Source: an uncultured delta proteobacterium | GTDB lineage: Bacteria > Myxococcota_A > Polyangia > Haliangiales > Haliangiaceae | Direction: 5' to 3' | NCBI GenBank assembly: GCA_963848295.1 | Contig: CAWKDB010000002.1 | Location: 576,001 to 640,000, forward strand | Length of the DNA: 64,000 bases | Shown here: in pieces, positions 44,293 through 56,692 of the stretch | How the letters are laid out: each line of letters starts with the position of its first letter | Numbering within the stretch: the first letter of the stretch is position 1 | Program-made: the position numbers and the translations under genes | The notes under the pieces: generated by a model | Databases searched by the model: none | Seen by the model: the letters and a program-made list of their open reading frames with translations, nothing else | Told to the model about the DNA's origin: nothing

Positions 44293-46503
44293 CTAACGAA
44301 ACACGGCTTGGTCAGCAGGAATCCCGCGCGCTGCGAGATCGCCGTAGAACCGAGGCACCGTGCCGGTCGCGGCGAATCCGCCGTCCTTGAGCTGGAACAC
44401 GACCTGGGTCTCGAACCCGACGTCGGTCGTGCCGACCACCTCTTCGACCGAGTGCACCTTGATCGTGCCGTCGGAGTGCCGCGCCACGTGCACGATGATC
44501 TCGAACGCCGACGCGACGAGCTCGCGCGTGGCCGCGACGTCGCCGGTCGCGGGTTGCGTGATCCGGACCAAGTTCACGAGCCGGTTGAGCGCCGAGCTCG
44601 CGCCCTCGCCGACGACGCCGACGACCGCGCCGTCGACCGCCGAGGTCAACGCGGTCACCACGGTCATCGCCTCGGCGCCGCGGACATCGCCGATCACGAT
44701 GCGATCCGGGAGCAGCCGCAGCGCGGTGTCGATCAAGTGAGCCATCTCGATCGCGGGCGAACGCGGCGTCGCCGGCCGCGCTTCGAGCTGCACCCATTCG
44801 TCGCGTGCGATCGCGAGCTCGGAGATCTCTTCGACCGAGACCACGCGCTCGCCCGCGGGCGATGCCGCCGCGAGCGCCGCGATCAGCGGGGTCTTGCCCG
44901 AGCCCGGGCCGCCACACACGAGCACGTTGCGGCGCGCGGCGACGCAGGTCGCCATGAAGTCGGCCATGCCGCTCGACAGCGCGTGCTGCGCGACGAGATC
45001 GGCGAGCGTCGGCATCTGCGTCGGCGGCTTCTTCAGCACGAGGCAGGCGCCGCGAGTTGCGACCGGTGCGAGCGCCGCGGTCAGCCGCGTGCCGTCGCGC
45101 ATCCGCAGATCCACGATCGGACGCGTGTCGTCGAGCACCGCGCCGGCCTCGGCGACGAGCCGCTTGACGACGCGCTCGAACGTCTCGTCACTCGAGAACG
45201 CCTTGCCCGATCCGCGCAGCTGGCCGTCCTTGCCAACGACGACGCGGTCCCGGCGATCGATGATGATCTCGTCGACCTTTTCGTCGGCGAACAGATCCTC
45301 GAGCGGTCCGAGGGCGAGCGCCTCGTTGAGGGTCTCTTTGATCAGCGTGTCCTGATCGATGTACTTCGGGAGCTCGCCCGAGCCTTCGAGGGTCTCGACG
45401 AGGTCGATCGTCGCGCGCTCGGCGCGTTGCCAGAGATCTTCTTCATGCAGGCGATCGGCCGGCACCTTGTCGAGGTCGAGCTTCGTGCGCAGTCGCTCGA
45501 GAATCGTCGACTGCAGATCGAGCATCTTGACGATCTTCGGGTCGAGCGGCTCGAGCTGCACGCCGCGCTTGCTCTTCGTCGGCAACGACCGACCGACGAC
45601 CTTGCGCGCGCCGGCCCCGACGAGCCGACCGCGAGCAGGTTGCTGGCCCGGTCCGGTCGGTAAAGGCACCACCGGCGCGGGTGCCGGCTGCGGCGCTGGA
45701 GCCATCTGCGGCGGCGGCGGTGCCGGCGCCGGCGTGGGAGCCGGCGGCAACGGCGCCGAAAATGGCGCGGGTTGCGGCGCCGAGAACGGCGCCGGCTGCG
45801 CAGCGAACTGCGGCTCGGCCATCGTCGGCTGGGGCGGCGGTGCGATCGGCGCCGGGATCGGCGGCACGAGCGGCGGCGGCATCGTGCCACCAGGCCGGCC
45901 ACCGAGTGGGCGACCCTGCGATGGAGCCGCGATCGGCGGAGGATTCGGCACCGGCGCGGGACGCGGCGGCCCGGGGCGCAGCGTCTGCCCTTGCCCGGGC
46001 CCCGGGCCCGGATTGAACGCCGGCGGCGGTGGCGCCATCGGCGGCGGTGCATCGGCGTGAAGCCGATCGTTGCCCATCGGATTGCCCATCGGCATCGGCA
46101 TCGGCATCGGTGCCGCTTCGGTCGGACGCGGAGGACGCCCGTCGAGATGCTGCGGCGCATTGTTCGGTCCGGGAGGCGAAGTCGTCGTCTCCGATGGTCC
46201 GTCGCCCTCGGCTCCCGCCTCGTCGACGCCGACGATGAAGTCACCGATGTAGATCTTGTCGGAGTCTTTGACCACGAGCGGACTCGTGATCTTGCGACCG
46301 TTGACGTACGTGCCGTTCGTGCTCTTGAGATCGACGATGATGAACTTGCCGTCTTTGAGCACGATGCGCGCGTGGCGCTTCGACACGTTGCCCTTCGGCA
46401 GCACGATATCGTTGCCTTGCACGCGGCCGATGGTGACCTCAGGCTTGTTGAACACCATGCGGCGCTGCTCGCCGCCTTTTTCCTGAATGAGTATGGTGAA
46501 CAT
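44293..46503 (-). CDS. FHA domain, Pro-rich linker and TadA/CpaF-like ATPase (degenerate)
   Basis: IGRVQGND..SKRHA..STNGTYVNG; GGPGSGKT; PDRIVIGDVRG. Confidence 0.88.
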   Translation of the reverse strand: MFTILIQEKGGEQRRMVFNKPEVTIGRVQGNDIVLPKGNVSKRHARIVLKDGKFIIVDLKSTNGTYVNGRKITSPLVVKDSDKIYIGDFIVGVDEAGAEGDGPSETTTSPPGPNNAPQHLDGRPPRPTEAAPMPMPMPMGNPMGNDRLHADAPPPMAPPPPAFNPGPGPGQGQTLRPGPPRPAPVPNPPPIAAPSQGRPLGGRPGGTMPPPLVPPIPAPIAPPPQPTMAEPQFAAQPAPFSAPQPAPFSAPLPPAPTPAPAPPPPQMAPAPQPAPAPVVPLPTGPGQQPARGRLVGAGARKVVGRSLPTKSKRGVQLEPLDPKIVKMLDLQSTILERLRTKLDLDKVPADRLHEEDLWQRAERATIDLVETLEGSGELPKYIDQDTLIKETLNEALALGPLEDLFADEKVDEIIIDRRDRVVVGKDGQLRGSGKAFSSDETFERVVKRLVAEAGAVLDDTRPIVDLRMRDGTRLTAALAPVATRGACLVLKKPPTQMPTLADLVAQHALSSGMADFMATCVAARRNVLVCGGPGSGKTPLIAALAAASPAGERVVSVEEISELAIARDEWVQLEARPATPRSPAIEMAHLIDTALRLLPDRIVIGDVRGAEAMTVVTALTSAVDGAVVGVVGEGASSALNRLVNLVRITQPATGDVAATRELVASAFEIIVHVARHSDGTIKVHSVEEVVGTTDVGFETQVVFQLKDGGFAATGTVPRFYGDLAARGIPADQAVFR

Positions 46504-46580
46504 GCGCTCCTGAGGGCCGCTTGACGGTTCCCCCCTAGGAACCGTACTAAGCTCCGGCAATCACGGTCAAGTTCGCGGGG

Positions 46581-46757
46581 CTATGTCTGACCAGAAGGTG
46601 CGGTGACTGGGTCCGTCGGCGATCCGCCAGATCCGCTGCCCGGACCGAGGTGCAGCGCGTCCCGCACATCGTCCCACCACATCGCCCACACCCCGACAAC
46701 CAGGAGCGCGGCAATCGCGAACCCGATCGCAAGGTCGTGCCAGCGCGGCCGTGTCAT
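46581..46757 (-). CDS. Small single-TM protein
   Basis: LAIGFAIAALLVVGVWAMWW hydrophobic helix; co-oriented with the TadA-like gene. Confidence 0.55.
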   Translation of the reverse strand: MTRPRWHDLAIGFAIAALLVVGVWAMWWDDVRDALHLGPGSGSGGSPTDPVTAPSGQT

Positions 46758-46792
46758 CTGAATCAAAACTACCACGCAGCGTCGATTGAGGC

Positions 46793-47380
46793 ATGATGCG
46801 CACCATGAAGCGCCTCGCGTTATGCGCGCTCGGGCTATGCGTGCTGTCCGCGACTGCCCTCGCCGCTCCCAAGTCGAAGAAGTACCACTTCGAGCTCGCC
46901 GCGCTGACCCCGAAGCCCGAGGTCAAACCCGACATCGCCAAGATCGCGCAGCCTCGGGTCCAGGCCCAGATCACGAAGGCGTTCGAGTCGAATCCGCAGC
47001 TCGTCGCCGCGCTCGACGGGGCGCCCGATGCCAAGAACGCCGACGCGTACCGCAGGTTCCTCGCGCACAAGGGCCTGTCCGGGTCCTACCTCGTCACGGT
47101 CGAGATCACCGAAGCGTCCGAGACGGTCGAGCCGATCACCGACAAGCCGAACACGCAGCGGCTCGACGTCCACGTCGCGATCCACATGCTCGGCGAGACG
47201 ATTCCCGGCCGGACGATGGGCTTCACCGGCGACGGTCAGGCGACGGTCAAGCAAGAGGTCGGGATGAAGATCCGCGACAAGGACCGCGATTATGCGTGGG
47301 ACTCCGCCGCCGAAGTTGCGGTCGGAGACGCGTTGAAGACGTGCTTCGTCCAGCTCGATAAGCCGGCGAAGAAGCAGTAA
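46793..47380 (+). CDS. Exported hypothetical protein
   Basis: Signal peptide ending ALA|AP; protein-like composition. Confidence 0.8.
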   Translation: MMRTMKRLALCALGLCVLSATALAAPKSKKYHFELAALTPKPEVKPDIAKIAQPRVQAQITKAFESNPQLVAALDGAPDAKNADAYRRFLAHKGLSGSYLVTVEITEASETVEPITDKPNTQRLDVHVAIHMLGETIPGRTMGFTGDGQATVKQEVGMKIRDKDRDYAWDSAAEVAVGDALKTCFVQLDKPAKKQ

Positions 47381-47383
47381 GAG

Positions 47384-47574
47384 AATTGATCAATTGATCA
47401 ATTGATCAACAGGCAGCAGGCAACAGGCAATGCCGGCAGATTTGCACGCTGGAGTTGTCCCGCTTGCGCGCTCTGATCTGAACTTCCGTAAAACGCCCGC
47501 CGCGCAGCGGCGCACCTGCATTGCCTGTTGCCTGTCGCCTGTTGATCCATTGATCAATTTCCCCGAGCAACCCA
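47384..47574. repeat. Empty copy of the paired REP/MITE-like element between convergent genes
   Basis: (AATTGATC)3-AACAGGCAGCAGGCAACAGGCAATGC ... GCATTGCCTGTTGCCTGTCGCCTGTTGATCCATTGATCAATTTCCCC. Confidence 0.88.
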
Positions 47575-47581
47575 CACGATC

Positions 47582-50488
<2,907 letters not shown>

Positions 50489-50508
50489 CGCGGCGGGTCG
50501 CCAGGTTG

Positions 50509-50694
50509 TTAGCGTGACCCGAGCCGCAGGTCCACCTGCCCCGGGAGCTGATCGCGGTACTTCTCGAGCACGAGATCGATGCCTTGGCGGATGTACTCGG
50601 CGACCGGGACTTTCGTCCGTTCATGCAATGCCTTGAGCTGCGCGTCCTGCTCCGGCGTGATGTACACCGTCGTCGAGATCTTCTTGCGCGCCAC
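50509..50694 (-). CDS. Ribbon-helix-helix DNA-binding protein
   Basis: [16 protein letters not shown]...[14 protein letters not shown]. Confidence 0.8.
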   Translation of the reverse strand: MARKKISTTVYITPEQDAQLKALHERTKVPVAEYIRQGIDLVLEKYRDQLPGQVDLRLGSR

Positions 50695-50772
50695 GGCAGC
50701 CGTGACCCTACGTGACCATATGCGGGGGGTCAACAGCTTGCACGACCGGAGCGAGCCGTCTACGCTGCCTGG

Positions 50773-51508
50773 GTGCTAGCGAAGCTCTCGAAATTCGTCG
50801 TGTTGACAGCGGGGTTGGCAGCCTGTGGTGGCTCGAAGGCGGCGCCGAAGAACGCCTCGCTCGAGACCAGCATCCCGGCGGTCGATCCGACGCTGTGCGA
50901 CACGACCGGCAAGAACGTCGTGACGTTCGACCTCAACCACGACAACAAGCCGGACGAGTGGATCCTCTACAAGACCGAGGACGAGGGCGGCACCAAGGTC
51001 GAGTTCATGACCTGCAAGCAGATCGACTTCGATCACGACGGCCGCAAGGACTACGTCGTCGCGTACAACCGCAAGGGCAACCCGATCTACGAAAAGGACG
51101 ACTTCGACTTCGACGGCAAATGGGACGACTCGAAGGTGTTCGACCCGAAGACCGGTCAGGTCGCGGAGGTCGAGCGCGACGAGCGGGTTCGACGGCAACT
51201 TCGACATCAAAGACACCTACGACAGCACCGGTCAGCTCGTGGCCTCGGCCCGCGATCGCAACCACGATGGCAAGGCCGATATGTGGGAGCAGTACAAAGA
51301 CGGTGTGCTGATCGCGATCCTCTACGATGACGACTTCGACGGCAAAGTCGACCGGCGCGAAGAGATTCCCGGGGCGCATCCGAAGGTCGAGATGCCGACC
51401 TCGATGGACCCGACCGCGACCTCGAATATCAACGAGGCCGGCGCGGGTTCGGGCAGTGCCGCACCGGCGACGCCGGCTAAGAAGCCAGCGCCCGCACCGA
51501 AGAAGTGA
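50773..51508 (+). CDS. Lipoprotein with repeated DxDxDG-like loops; apparent +1 indel near 51181
   Basis: LAAC lipobox; DLNHDNKPD, DFDHDGRKD, DFDFDGKWD, DRNHDGKAD, DDDFDGKVD. Confidence 0.8.
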
Positions 51509-51909
51509 CGGAGCGCGACAAGTCGGGCGAACGCCCGACGCGTAGCGCCGCCGATGGCGGGCCGGAGGTGATCGCCAAGCCCTGGGGCCACGAGCTGATC
51601 TGGGCGCAGACCGACCGCTACGTCGGAAAGATCCTGCATGTCCGCGCCGGCGAGGCGCTGTCGCTGCAGTTTCATCGCGAGAAGGACGAGACGATCATGG
51701 TGCTCACCGGCAAGTTGCGGTTCGAGCACTTCGTCGATGGCCAGCCGCCGCACGTCCACGAGCTCGGTCCGCGCGAGCCGTTTCATATCCCACCGGGGAC
51801 ACGGCACCGGATGACCGCGATCGAGGACACCGAGATCGTCGAGGTGTCGACGCCCGAGCTCGACGACGTCATCCGCCTCGAAGATCGCTACGGCCGCGCG
51901 CCGCGCTAG
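51505..51909 (+). CDS. Cupin domain protein (mannose-6-phosphate isomerase-like)
   Basis: [33 protein letters not shown]. Confidence 0.88.
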   Translation: MTERDKSGERPTRSAADGGPEVIAKPWGHELIWAQTDRYVGKILHVRAGEALSLQFHREKDETIMVLTGKLRFEHFVDGQPPHVHELGPREPFHIPPGTRHRMTAIEDTEIVEVSTPELDDVIRLEDRYGRAPR

Positions 51910-52658
51910 GTGCCGCAGCACCTCTTGTACTTCTTGCCCGAGCCGCACGTGCACGGATCGTTGCGCCCGATGCTCGGGGCGAGCAGGCGATGCACCGCCG
52001 CGCACAACATCTCGATCGGCTTGCCGGGGCGGAGCGCATGATGCAGGACGCCGCGCAACGACTCCTGCCGCTCGTACGTGTCCTCGGTTTCGGCGTGCTG
52101 GTAGTACTTGACGTCGCCGCCGTCGGCGCCGCAGTGCGCGTTCGTGAACAGCGCGTGCGCCTTGCGGCATAGCCCGGGCCGCACCGGGTAGATCGTGCAC
52201 GCGCCTTCGTGGTTGAACGCGCACATCGCGCGGCGCTGCTTCGCTTCGATCGCCCACGCGCGCTGCGCCGCCTCGGTCTTCGCCGCACCGGCGCTCGCGA
52301 CGAGCGGACCGAGCGTTTGTCGCCACGCCGGATAAGCGGCTTCGTAGCGCGAGCGCACCGCGGCGTTCGCCGGATCGCGTAGCCATTCCGCGACCGCGAC
52401 CGCCTCGCCTTCGGTGACGATCAGCGGCGACACGCAGCACGAGCTGCAGCCGCGCGAGCACGCGATCGGCAGGTGCTCGCTCACGGCGGCCGCTTCGCGC
52501 CGCTCGATCGCGGCGTCGAGCTCGGCGTGGGTCATCGCGATCAGGCCCGCGGCGTCGCGCGGCTGGACGACCGGGAGGCGCACGCGGCCGTGCTCGTCGG
52601 GATGCGCGGTCGCTTCGGCGAGGCTCGCCGCCACCTCGCGCAAGCGCTCGGTTGCCAT
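51906..52658 (-). CDS. YkgJ-like cysteine-cluster protein with SEC-C motif
   Basis: [43 protein letters not shown]. Confidence 0.88.
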   Translation of the reverse strand: MATERLREVAASLAEATAHPDEHGRVRLPVVQPRDAAGLIAMTHAELDAAIERREAAAVSEHLPIACSRGCSSCCVSPLIVTEGEAVAVAEWLRDPANAAVRSRYEAAYPAWRQTLGPLVASAGAAKTEAAQRAWAIEAKQRRAMCAFNHEGACTIYPVRPGLCRKAHALFTNAHCGADGGDVKYYQHAETEDTYERQESLRGVLHHALRPGKPIEMLCAAVHRLLAPSIGRNDPCTCGSGKKYKRCCGT

Positions 52659-52667
52659 CCCGCGAGC

Positions 52668-53162
52668 TTACTCTGGCGTCGCCCGCTCGCGAAACGCCGA
52701 CAGCAAGTCGCCCCACCACATCCCGATCCCCCGAATGAACACGGCGACCGGCTTGCCGTGCCGGACCGGGTGATCGGGCCGCAGTGCCGCGAACCCGCGA
52801 TGCACGAGCACGACCTGCGTCGCGCCGCTGGCGGTGGGCGTGAACGACACTTCGACGTGCGTCGACTCGCCGGGCGCGAAGTTGCTGCCGCGCCACTCGA
52901 ACGCGAACCGCGACGGCGGTTGCCACGCGGTCACCCTGCCCGCCTCGTGGACCGCAGGTCCATGCGGGCCGGCGTACTCCTCGAACAACCGGCCGCCGAG
53001 CTCGGGCTCGAGCACGAGCACACCTTGCGCTTTGCCCGATGCGCGAAACGCGATGCCGCGCCGCCACCACAGATCGATCTCGGCGGTGAACACTTCGAAC
53101 GCGACCTCGGGCGCGACCTCGACTCGAACCGTCACCGACACCTGGTCGCCGGCGATCGTCAT
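52668..53162 (-). CDS. SRPBCC/AHSA1 domain protein
   Basis: PEVAFEVFT..IDLWW, GRVTAWQPPSRF, TQVVLVHRG. Confidence 0.88.
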   Translation of the reverse strand: MTIAGDQVSVTVRVEVAPEVAFEVFTAEIDLWWRRGIAFRASGKAQGVLVLEPELGGRLFEEYAGPHGPAVHEAGRVTAWQPPSRFAFEWRGSNFAPGESTHVEVSFTPTASGATQVVLVHRGFAALRPDHPVRHGKPVAVFIRGIGMWWGDLLSAFRERATPE

Positions 53163-53476
53163 CGTCTTCGTTCGACGTGCGTCTTGAACGCGGCGAGCTG
53201 CACCGTCCAGAACGCCTCGACGTGCTCGAGCCAGTCATGCAGCTGCGTGAACGGCTGTTGGCGCAGGCGATAGATCCGCTCGCGCGCGTCGCCGTCGTTA
53301 CCGGCTTGGACCAGCCCGGCCGAGCGCAGCACGCGCAAGTGTCGGCTCATCGCGGGCGGGCTCGCGGCCAGCGCCTCGGCGAGATCGCCGGCGCGCATCG
53401 GCGCCTTGCGCAGCAGATCGACGACGCCGCGACGCGTCGGATCGGCGAGCGCGGTGAATGTCTGGTCGAGCGTCAC
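53159..53476 (-). CDS. ArsR/SmtB family regulator
   Basis: FTALADPTRR, MSRHLRVLRSAGLV. Confidence 0.92.
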   Translation of the reverse strand: MTLDQTFTALADPTRRGVVDLLRKAPMRAGDLAEALAASPPAMSRHLRVLRSAGLVQAGNDGDARERIYRLRQQPFTQLHDWLEHVEAFWTVQLAAFKTHVERRR

Positions 53477-53967
53477 TCGACGCCCGGGACCTGCGCCCGG
53501 GCGGCAGCATCGCCGGATGGCGATGCGGTTCGATCGAGGCGTTGCATGAACCACCAGTGGTGGCCTTCGGGATCGATCGCCTCGTAGCTGCGATCGACCC
53601 AATAGCCTTCGCCGTAGTCGGTCGTCTTCGGCTCCTGCGCGATCGTCGCGCCGCCTTTGCGCGCGTGCTCGCAATGCGCGTCGACGTCGTCGACGTAAAA
53701 ACACAACGTCTGGGTGTTCGCGCCGCCGAGCATCTTCGGGCTCTGCCGCCACTCGCGGCCCTTCGCGACATCGCCGAGCGTCACGAGTCCGCCGCCGAAC
53801 ACGAGCTCGGAGTGCTCGATCCGCCCGCCCTCGCCGTCGACCTTGAGCTGGATCTCGAACCCGAACGCCTTGCACAGGAAGTCGATCGCCGGCGCGGCCT
53901 TTTCGTAGGCGATGCTGGCGGACATGCGGGGCCAGCCCTTCGGCGGCGGTTTGGATGTGAACGTCAT
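53473..53967 (-). CDS. VOC/glyoxalase (PhnB-like) protein
   Basis: AIDFLCKAFG, HSEL, YVDDVDAH, DPEGHHW. Confidence 0.9.
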   Translation of the reverse strand: MTFTSKPPPKGWPRMSASIAYEKAAPAIDFLCKAFGFEIQLKVDGEGGRIEHSELVFGGGLVTLGDVAKGREWRQSPKMLGGANTQTLCFYVDDVDAHCEHARKGGATIAQEPKTTDYGEGYWVDRSYEAIDPEGHHWWFMQRLDRTASPSGDAAARAQVPGVE

Positions 53968-53973
53968 GCCCAC

Positions 53974-54002
53974 TAGTTAACCGTTAAGTTAATTAACGTC
54001 AA
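53974..54002 (-). promoter_or_regulatory. AT-rich palindromic operator and -35 box for the VOC-ArsR-SRPBCC operon
   Basis: TAGTTAAC-N6-GTTAATTA inverted repeat; TTGACG on minus strand at 53997-54002. Confidence 0.7.
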
Positions 54003-54021
54003 GGTGAAACATCGCCGATCG

Positions 54022-55716
54022 TCAGGGCTTCTTCTTGGCCTGCGACATCTTCTTCTTGAGCGCCGCGAGCTCGTCATCGACATCGGCCGGCGCGGAGGAC
54101 TTCGTCCGGCCGCTCGATGGTTTCGGAGCGGCTTGCTTCGGTGCCGCGGCGGCGCCGCCGCCCGAGCTGCGCTTCATCTGCTCGAGCTGGTCATCGATCG
54201 ATGCGACCGGCGCAGCCTTGGCCCGCTTCGGCTCCGTCGCCGCCGCCTCGGCTCGCGGCGGCGCGGTCCCGACCTGGGCGATCGCGCGCTCGAGGTCCTT
54301 GAGCTCGGACTCGAGCGTCGCGAGCTCGGACAGCAGCGAGTGCATCCGCGCGCGCTCGGCGTCGGCCCGGCGGTCGAGCTGGGCCGCTTCGTCGGCCTGG
54401 CCGCGCGCGGTCGCGCCCTTGGCCTTGTCGGCGAGGTCGCCGGCCGCATCGCGCGCCGCCATCATCGACTTCGTCATCTCGCCGACGCGCTGCGCGACCT
54501 CGCGCCGCAACCGCTCGAGCTCTTCGCGATCGGGCAGCCCGGACAGGTCGGCCGCGCCGCCGCCATCGCCGCCGAGATCTTCGAGCTCGCCCGGCGGTGC
54601 GGTCGACGCGGCCGCCGCTTGCGCCGCTGCACTCGCCGCGCGGACGCGGTCGCGAGTCGCCGCGTGCGCGGCAGCTCGGCGCTCGTCGATCACGGCGCGC
54701 TTGTCGCCGGCGACCGCCGCGATGATGTCGGCGATGTGATCGGCGCCGTCGTCGGTCGGGGGCGGGGGACTGCCGGTGAACGCGGTGTCGAGCGCGCTCG
54801 ACAGCATGAGCAGGCCCTTCGCCGCGATCGCGCGGCGCCGGGCTTCGAGCGCAGTCGCGGCCTTCGCGCCGCCCGCGACTTGATCGTCGATGATCGCGAC
54901 GAGCCTGCCGCCGACCAGCATGACGCGCGCGATCGTCTCCGGCTTGGGTCGCGCGACGATCACGTCGGCGGCGCGCCATAACAGCGCGGCATCCGCGGTC
55001 GCGCCGAACAGCTTGGCCTTGAGGCCGAGCGTCGGGACCTGCCGGCGCAGCACCGCCGCGGATTCGGCATCGCCCGCGGCATCGAACAGGAACGTCGTCG
55101 CATCGCCGCCGTCGAGCAGCGACAGCTGGAGCGCGAGCTGGCCGGTCTGCTCCGCGCCGAGGCCGGCGACCTCGACCAGCGCGACCTTGCCGCTGACCTT
55201 GAACCGCGAGCGCAATGCCGCGCGATCCTGCGCGCCGGCTTCGGCGAACGCGCGCTCGCCGATCGCGCCGACGACGAGGATCCGATCCGCCTCGACGCCG
55301 AGGTCCGCGAGCGCGACCGCCGCCAGCTCGTCGACCGCGACGAACCGATCCGCATCGGTCTGCGCCCACGCCGCGGCGGGCTCGAGATCGCCGACGATCG
55401 CGATCACCGGCGCGGTGCCGGCGATCAGCGGAACTTGATCGCGCGCGACCGTCAACGCGAGCGCGGCGTGCGGATCGAACGCGACCGACGCATCGGGCGG
55501 CGACAGCTCGAGCTCCTTGCGCAACCGCCGCTCAGCGCCTTCCCCGAGCAGCGCGCGCCGCACGCGATCGGCCATGCCACCGCCCCCGCCGCCTGCCGCG
55601 CCGAGATCGATCGCGCGCACCCGCATCCCCGCCGCTTCGATCGCCGCGAGCACCGGCACGATCGCCGCGGGCGACGCGCCGCTCGAGGTCACGACGAGGA
55701 CGTGGAGCTCAGCCAC
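54022..55716 (-). CDS. GT-B/MGDG-synthase-like domain fused to PspA-like coiled coil
   Basis: AIVGDL..AAAW..DADRFVA, LWRAADVIVARP; C-terminal DVDDELAALKKKM. Confidence 0.6.
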   Translation of the reverse strand: MAELHVLVVTSSGASPAAIVPVLAAIEAAGMRVRAIDLGAAGGGGGGMADRVRRALLGEGAERRLRKELELSPPDASVAFDPHAALALTVARDQVPLIAGTAPVIAIVGDLEPAAAWAQTDADRFVAVDELAAVALADLGVEADRILVVGAIGERAFAEAGAQDRAALRSRFKVSGKVALVEVAGLGAEQTGQLALQLSLLDGGDATTFLFDAAGDAESAAVLRRQVPTLGLKAKLFGATADAALLWRAADVIVARPKPETIARVMLVGGRLVAIIDDQVAGGAKAATALEARRRAIAAKGLLMLSSALDTAFTGSPPPPTDDGADHIADIIAAVAGDKRAVIDERRAAAHAATRDRVRAASAAAQAAAASTAPPGELEDLGGDGGGAADLSGLPDREELERLRREVAQRVGEMTKSMMAARDAAGDLADKAKGATARGQADEAAQLDRRADAERARMHSLLSELATLESELKDLERAIAQVGTAPPRAEAAATEPKRAKAAPVASIDDQLEQMKRSSGGGAAAAPKQAAPKPSSGRTKSSAPADVDDELAALKKKMSQAKKKP

Positions 55717-56638
55717 GGAGCGTCACCTCGCGATTGACGAGGTTGCCCGGCCGGCGCCCGGACAGCACCGCGATCACCGCATCCGCGCACAACTGAGCCA
55801 TCGCCGTTCTAGCCTCGGTGGTAGCCGATCCCAGGTGCGGCGCCAAGACCACCCGGGGATCCGCTCGCAACCGAGCGTCGAGTTTCGGCTCGGCCTCGAA
55901 CACGTCGAGCGCCGCGCCGAAGATCTGGCCGCGCCCGATCGCCTCGGCCACCGCCGACTCGTCGACGCAGCCGCCGCGCGCGGTGTTGACCAGGATCGCG
56001 GTCGGCTTCATCTGCGCGAGCCGCGCCGGGTTCACGAGGTGGCGGGTCTCGGCGGTCAACGGGCAGTGCAAGCTGACCACGTCGGCGGTCGCGAACAGCT
56101 CGTCGAGCGTGATCCCGTCGTGGCCGGCGGCGATCACGCGCATGCCGAGCCCGACCGCGCGGCGAGCGACCGCTCGCCCGATCCGGCCGAGGCCGACGAT
56201 GCCGAGGGTCCGGCCCGCGATCGGCTGGCCGAGCAGCTGATCGAGCCGCCAGCCCGGCCATTGGCCCGAGCGCACGAGCTGCGCCGCCTCCGGCAGCCGG
56301 CGCGCCGCGGCGAACATCAGCGCGATCGCGAATTCCGCGGTCGCCTCGGTCAGCACGTCCGGCGTGTTCGTCACCGCAATACCGGCGGCGGTCGCGGCGT
56401 TGACATCGATGTTGTCGTAGCCGACCGCGCAGTTCGCGATCACGCGCAGCTTCGGCGCGCGCCGGATCACGTCGCCGTCGATCCGATCGAGCAGCAAGCA
56501 GACGAGCGCGTCCGCGTCGCCGAGCTCGGCCGGAACGCCGGTCCACTCGGTCGGGACTTCCACGCGCGCTCCCGCGAACGCCGCGCCGACCTGCGCCGGC
56601 AGATCGATCGGCAAGCTCGACGTCGAGATCACGCGCAC
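55709..56638 (-). CDS. D-2-hydroxyacid (glyoxylate/D-glycerate) dehydrogenase
   Basis: AVGYDNID, GIVGLGRIG, LHCPLT, NTARG, DVFE.EP, PHLGSAT. Confidence 0.95.
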   Translation of the reverse strand: MRVISTSSLPIDLPAQVGAAFAGARVEVPTEWTGVPAELGDADALVCLLLDRIDGDVIRRAPKLRVIANCAVGYDNIDVNAATAAGIAVTNTPDVLTEATAEFAIALMFAAARRLPEAAQLVRSGQWPGWRLDQLLGQPIAGRTLGIVGLGRIGRAVARRAVGLGMRVIAAGHDGITLDELFATADVVSLHCPLTAETRHLVNPARLAQMKPTAILVNTARGGCVDESAVAEAIGRGQIFGAALDVFEAEPKLDARLRADPRVVLAPHLGSATTEARTAMAQLCADAVIAVLSGRRPGNLVNREVTLRG

Positions 56639-56692
56639 GGACGGAGCGTATCGCGTCGTAGCGCGCGACGCCGAGGTGCTACGCTTGGAGTC

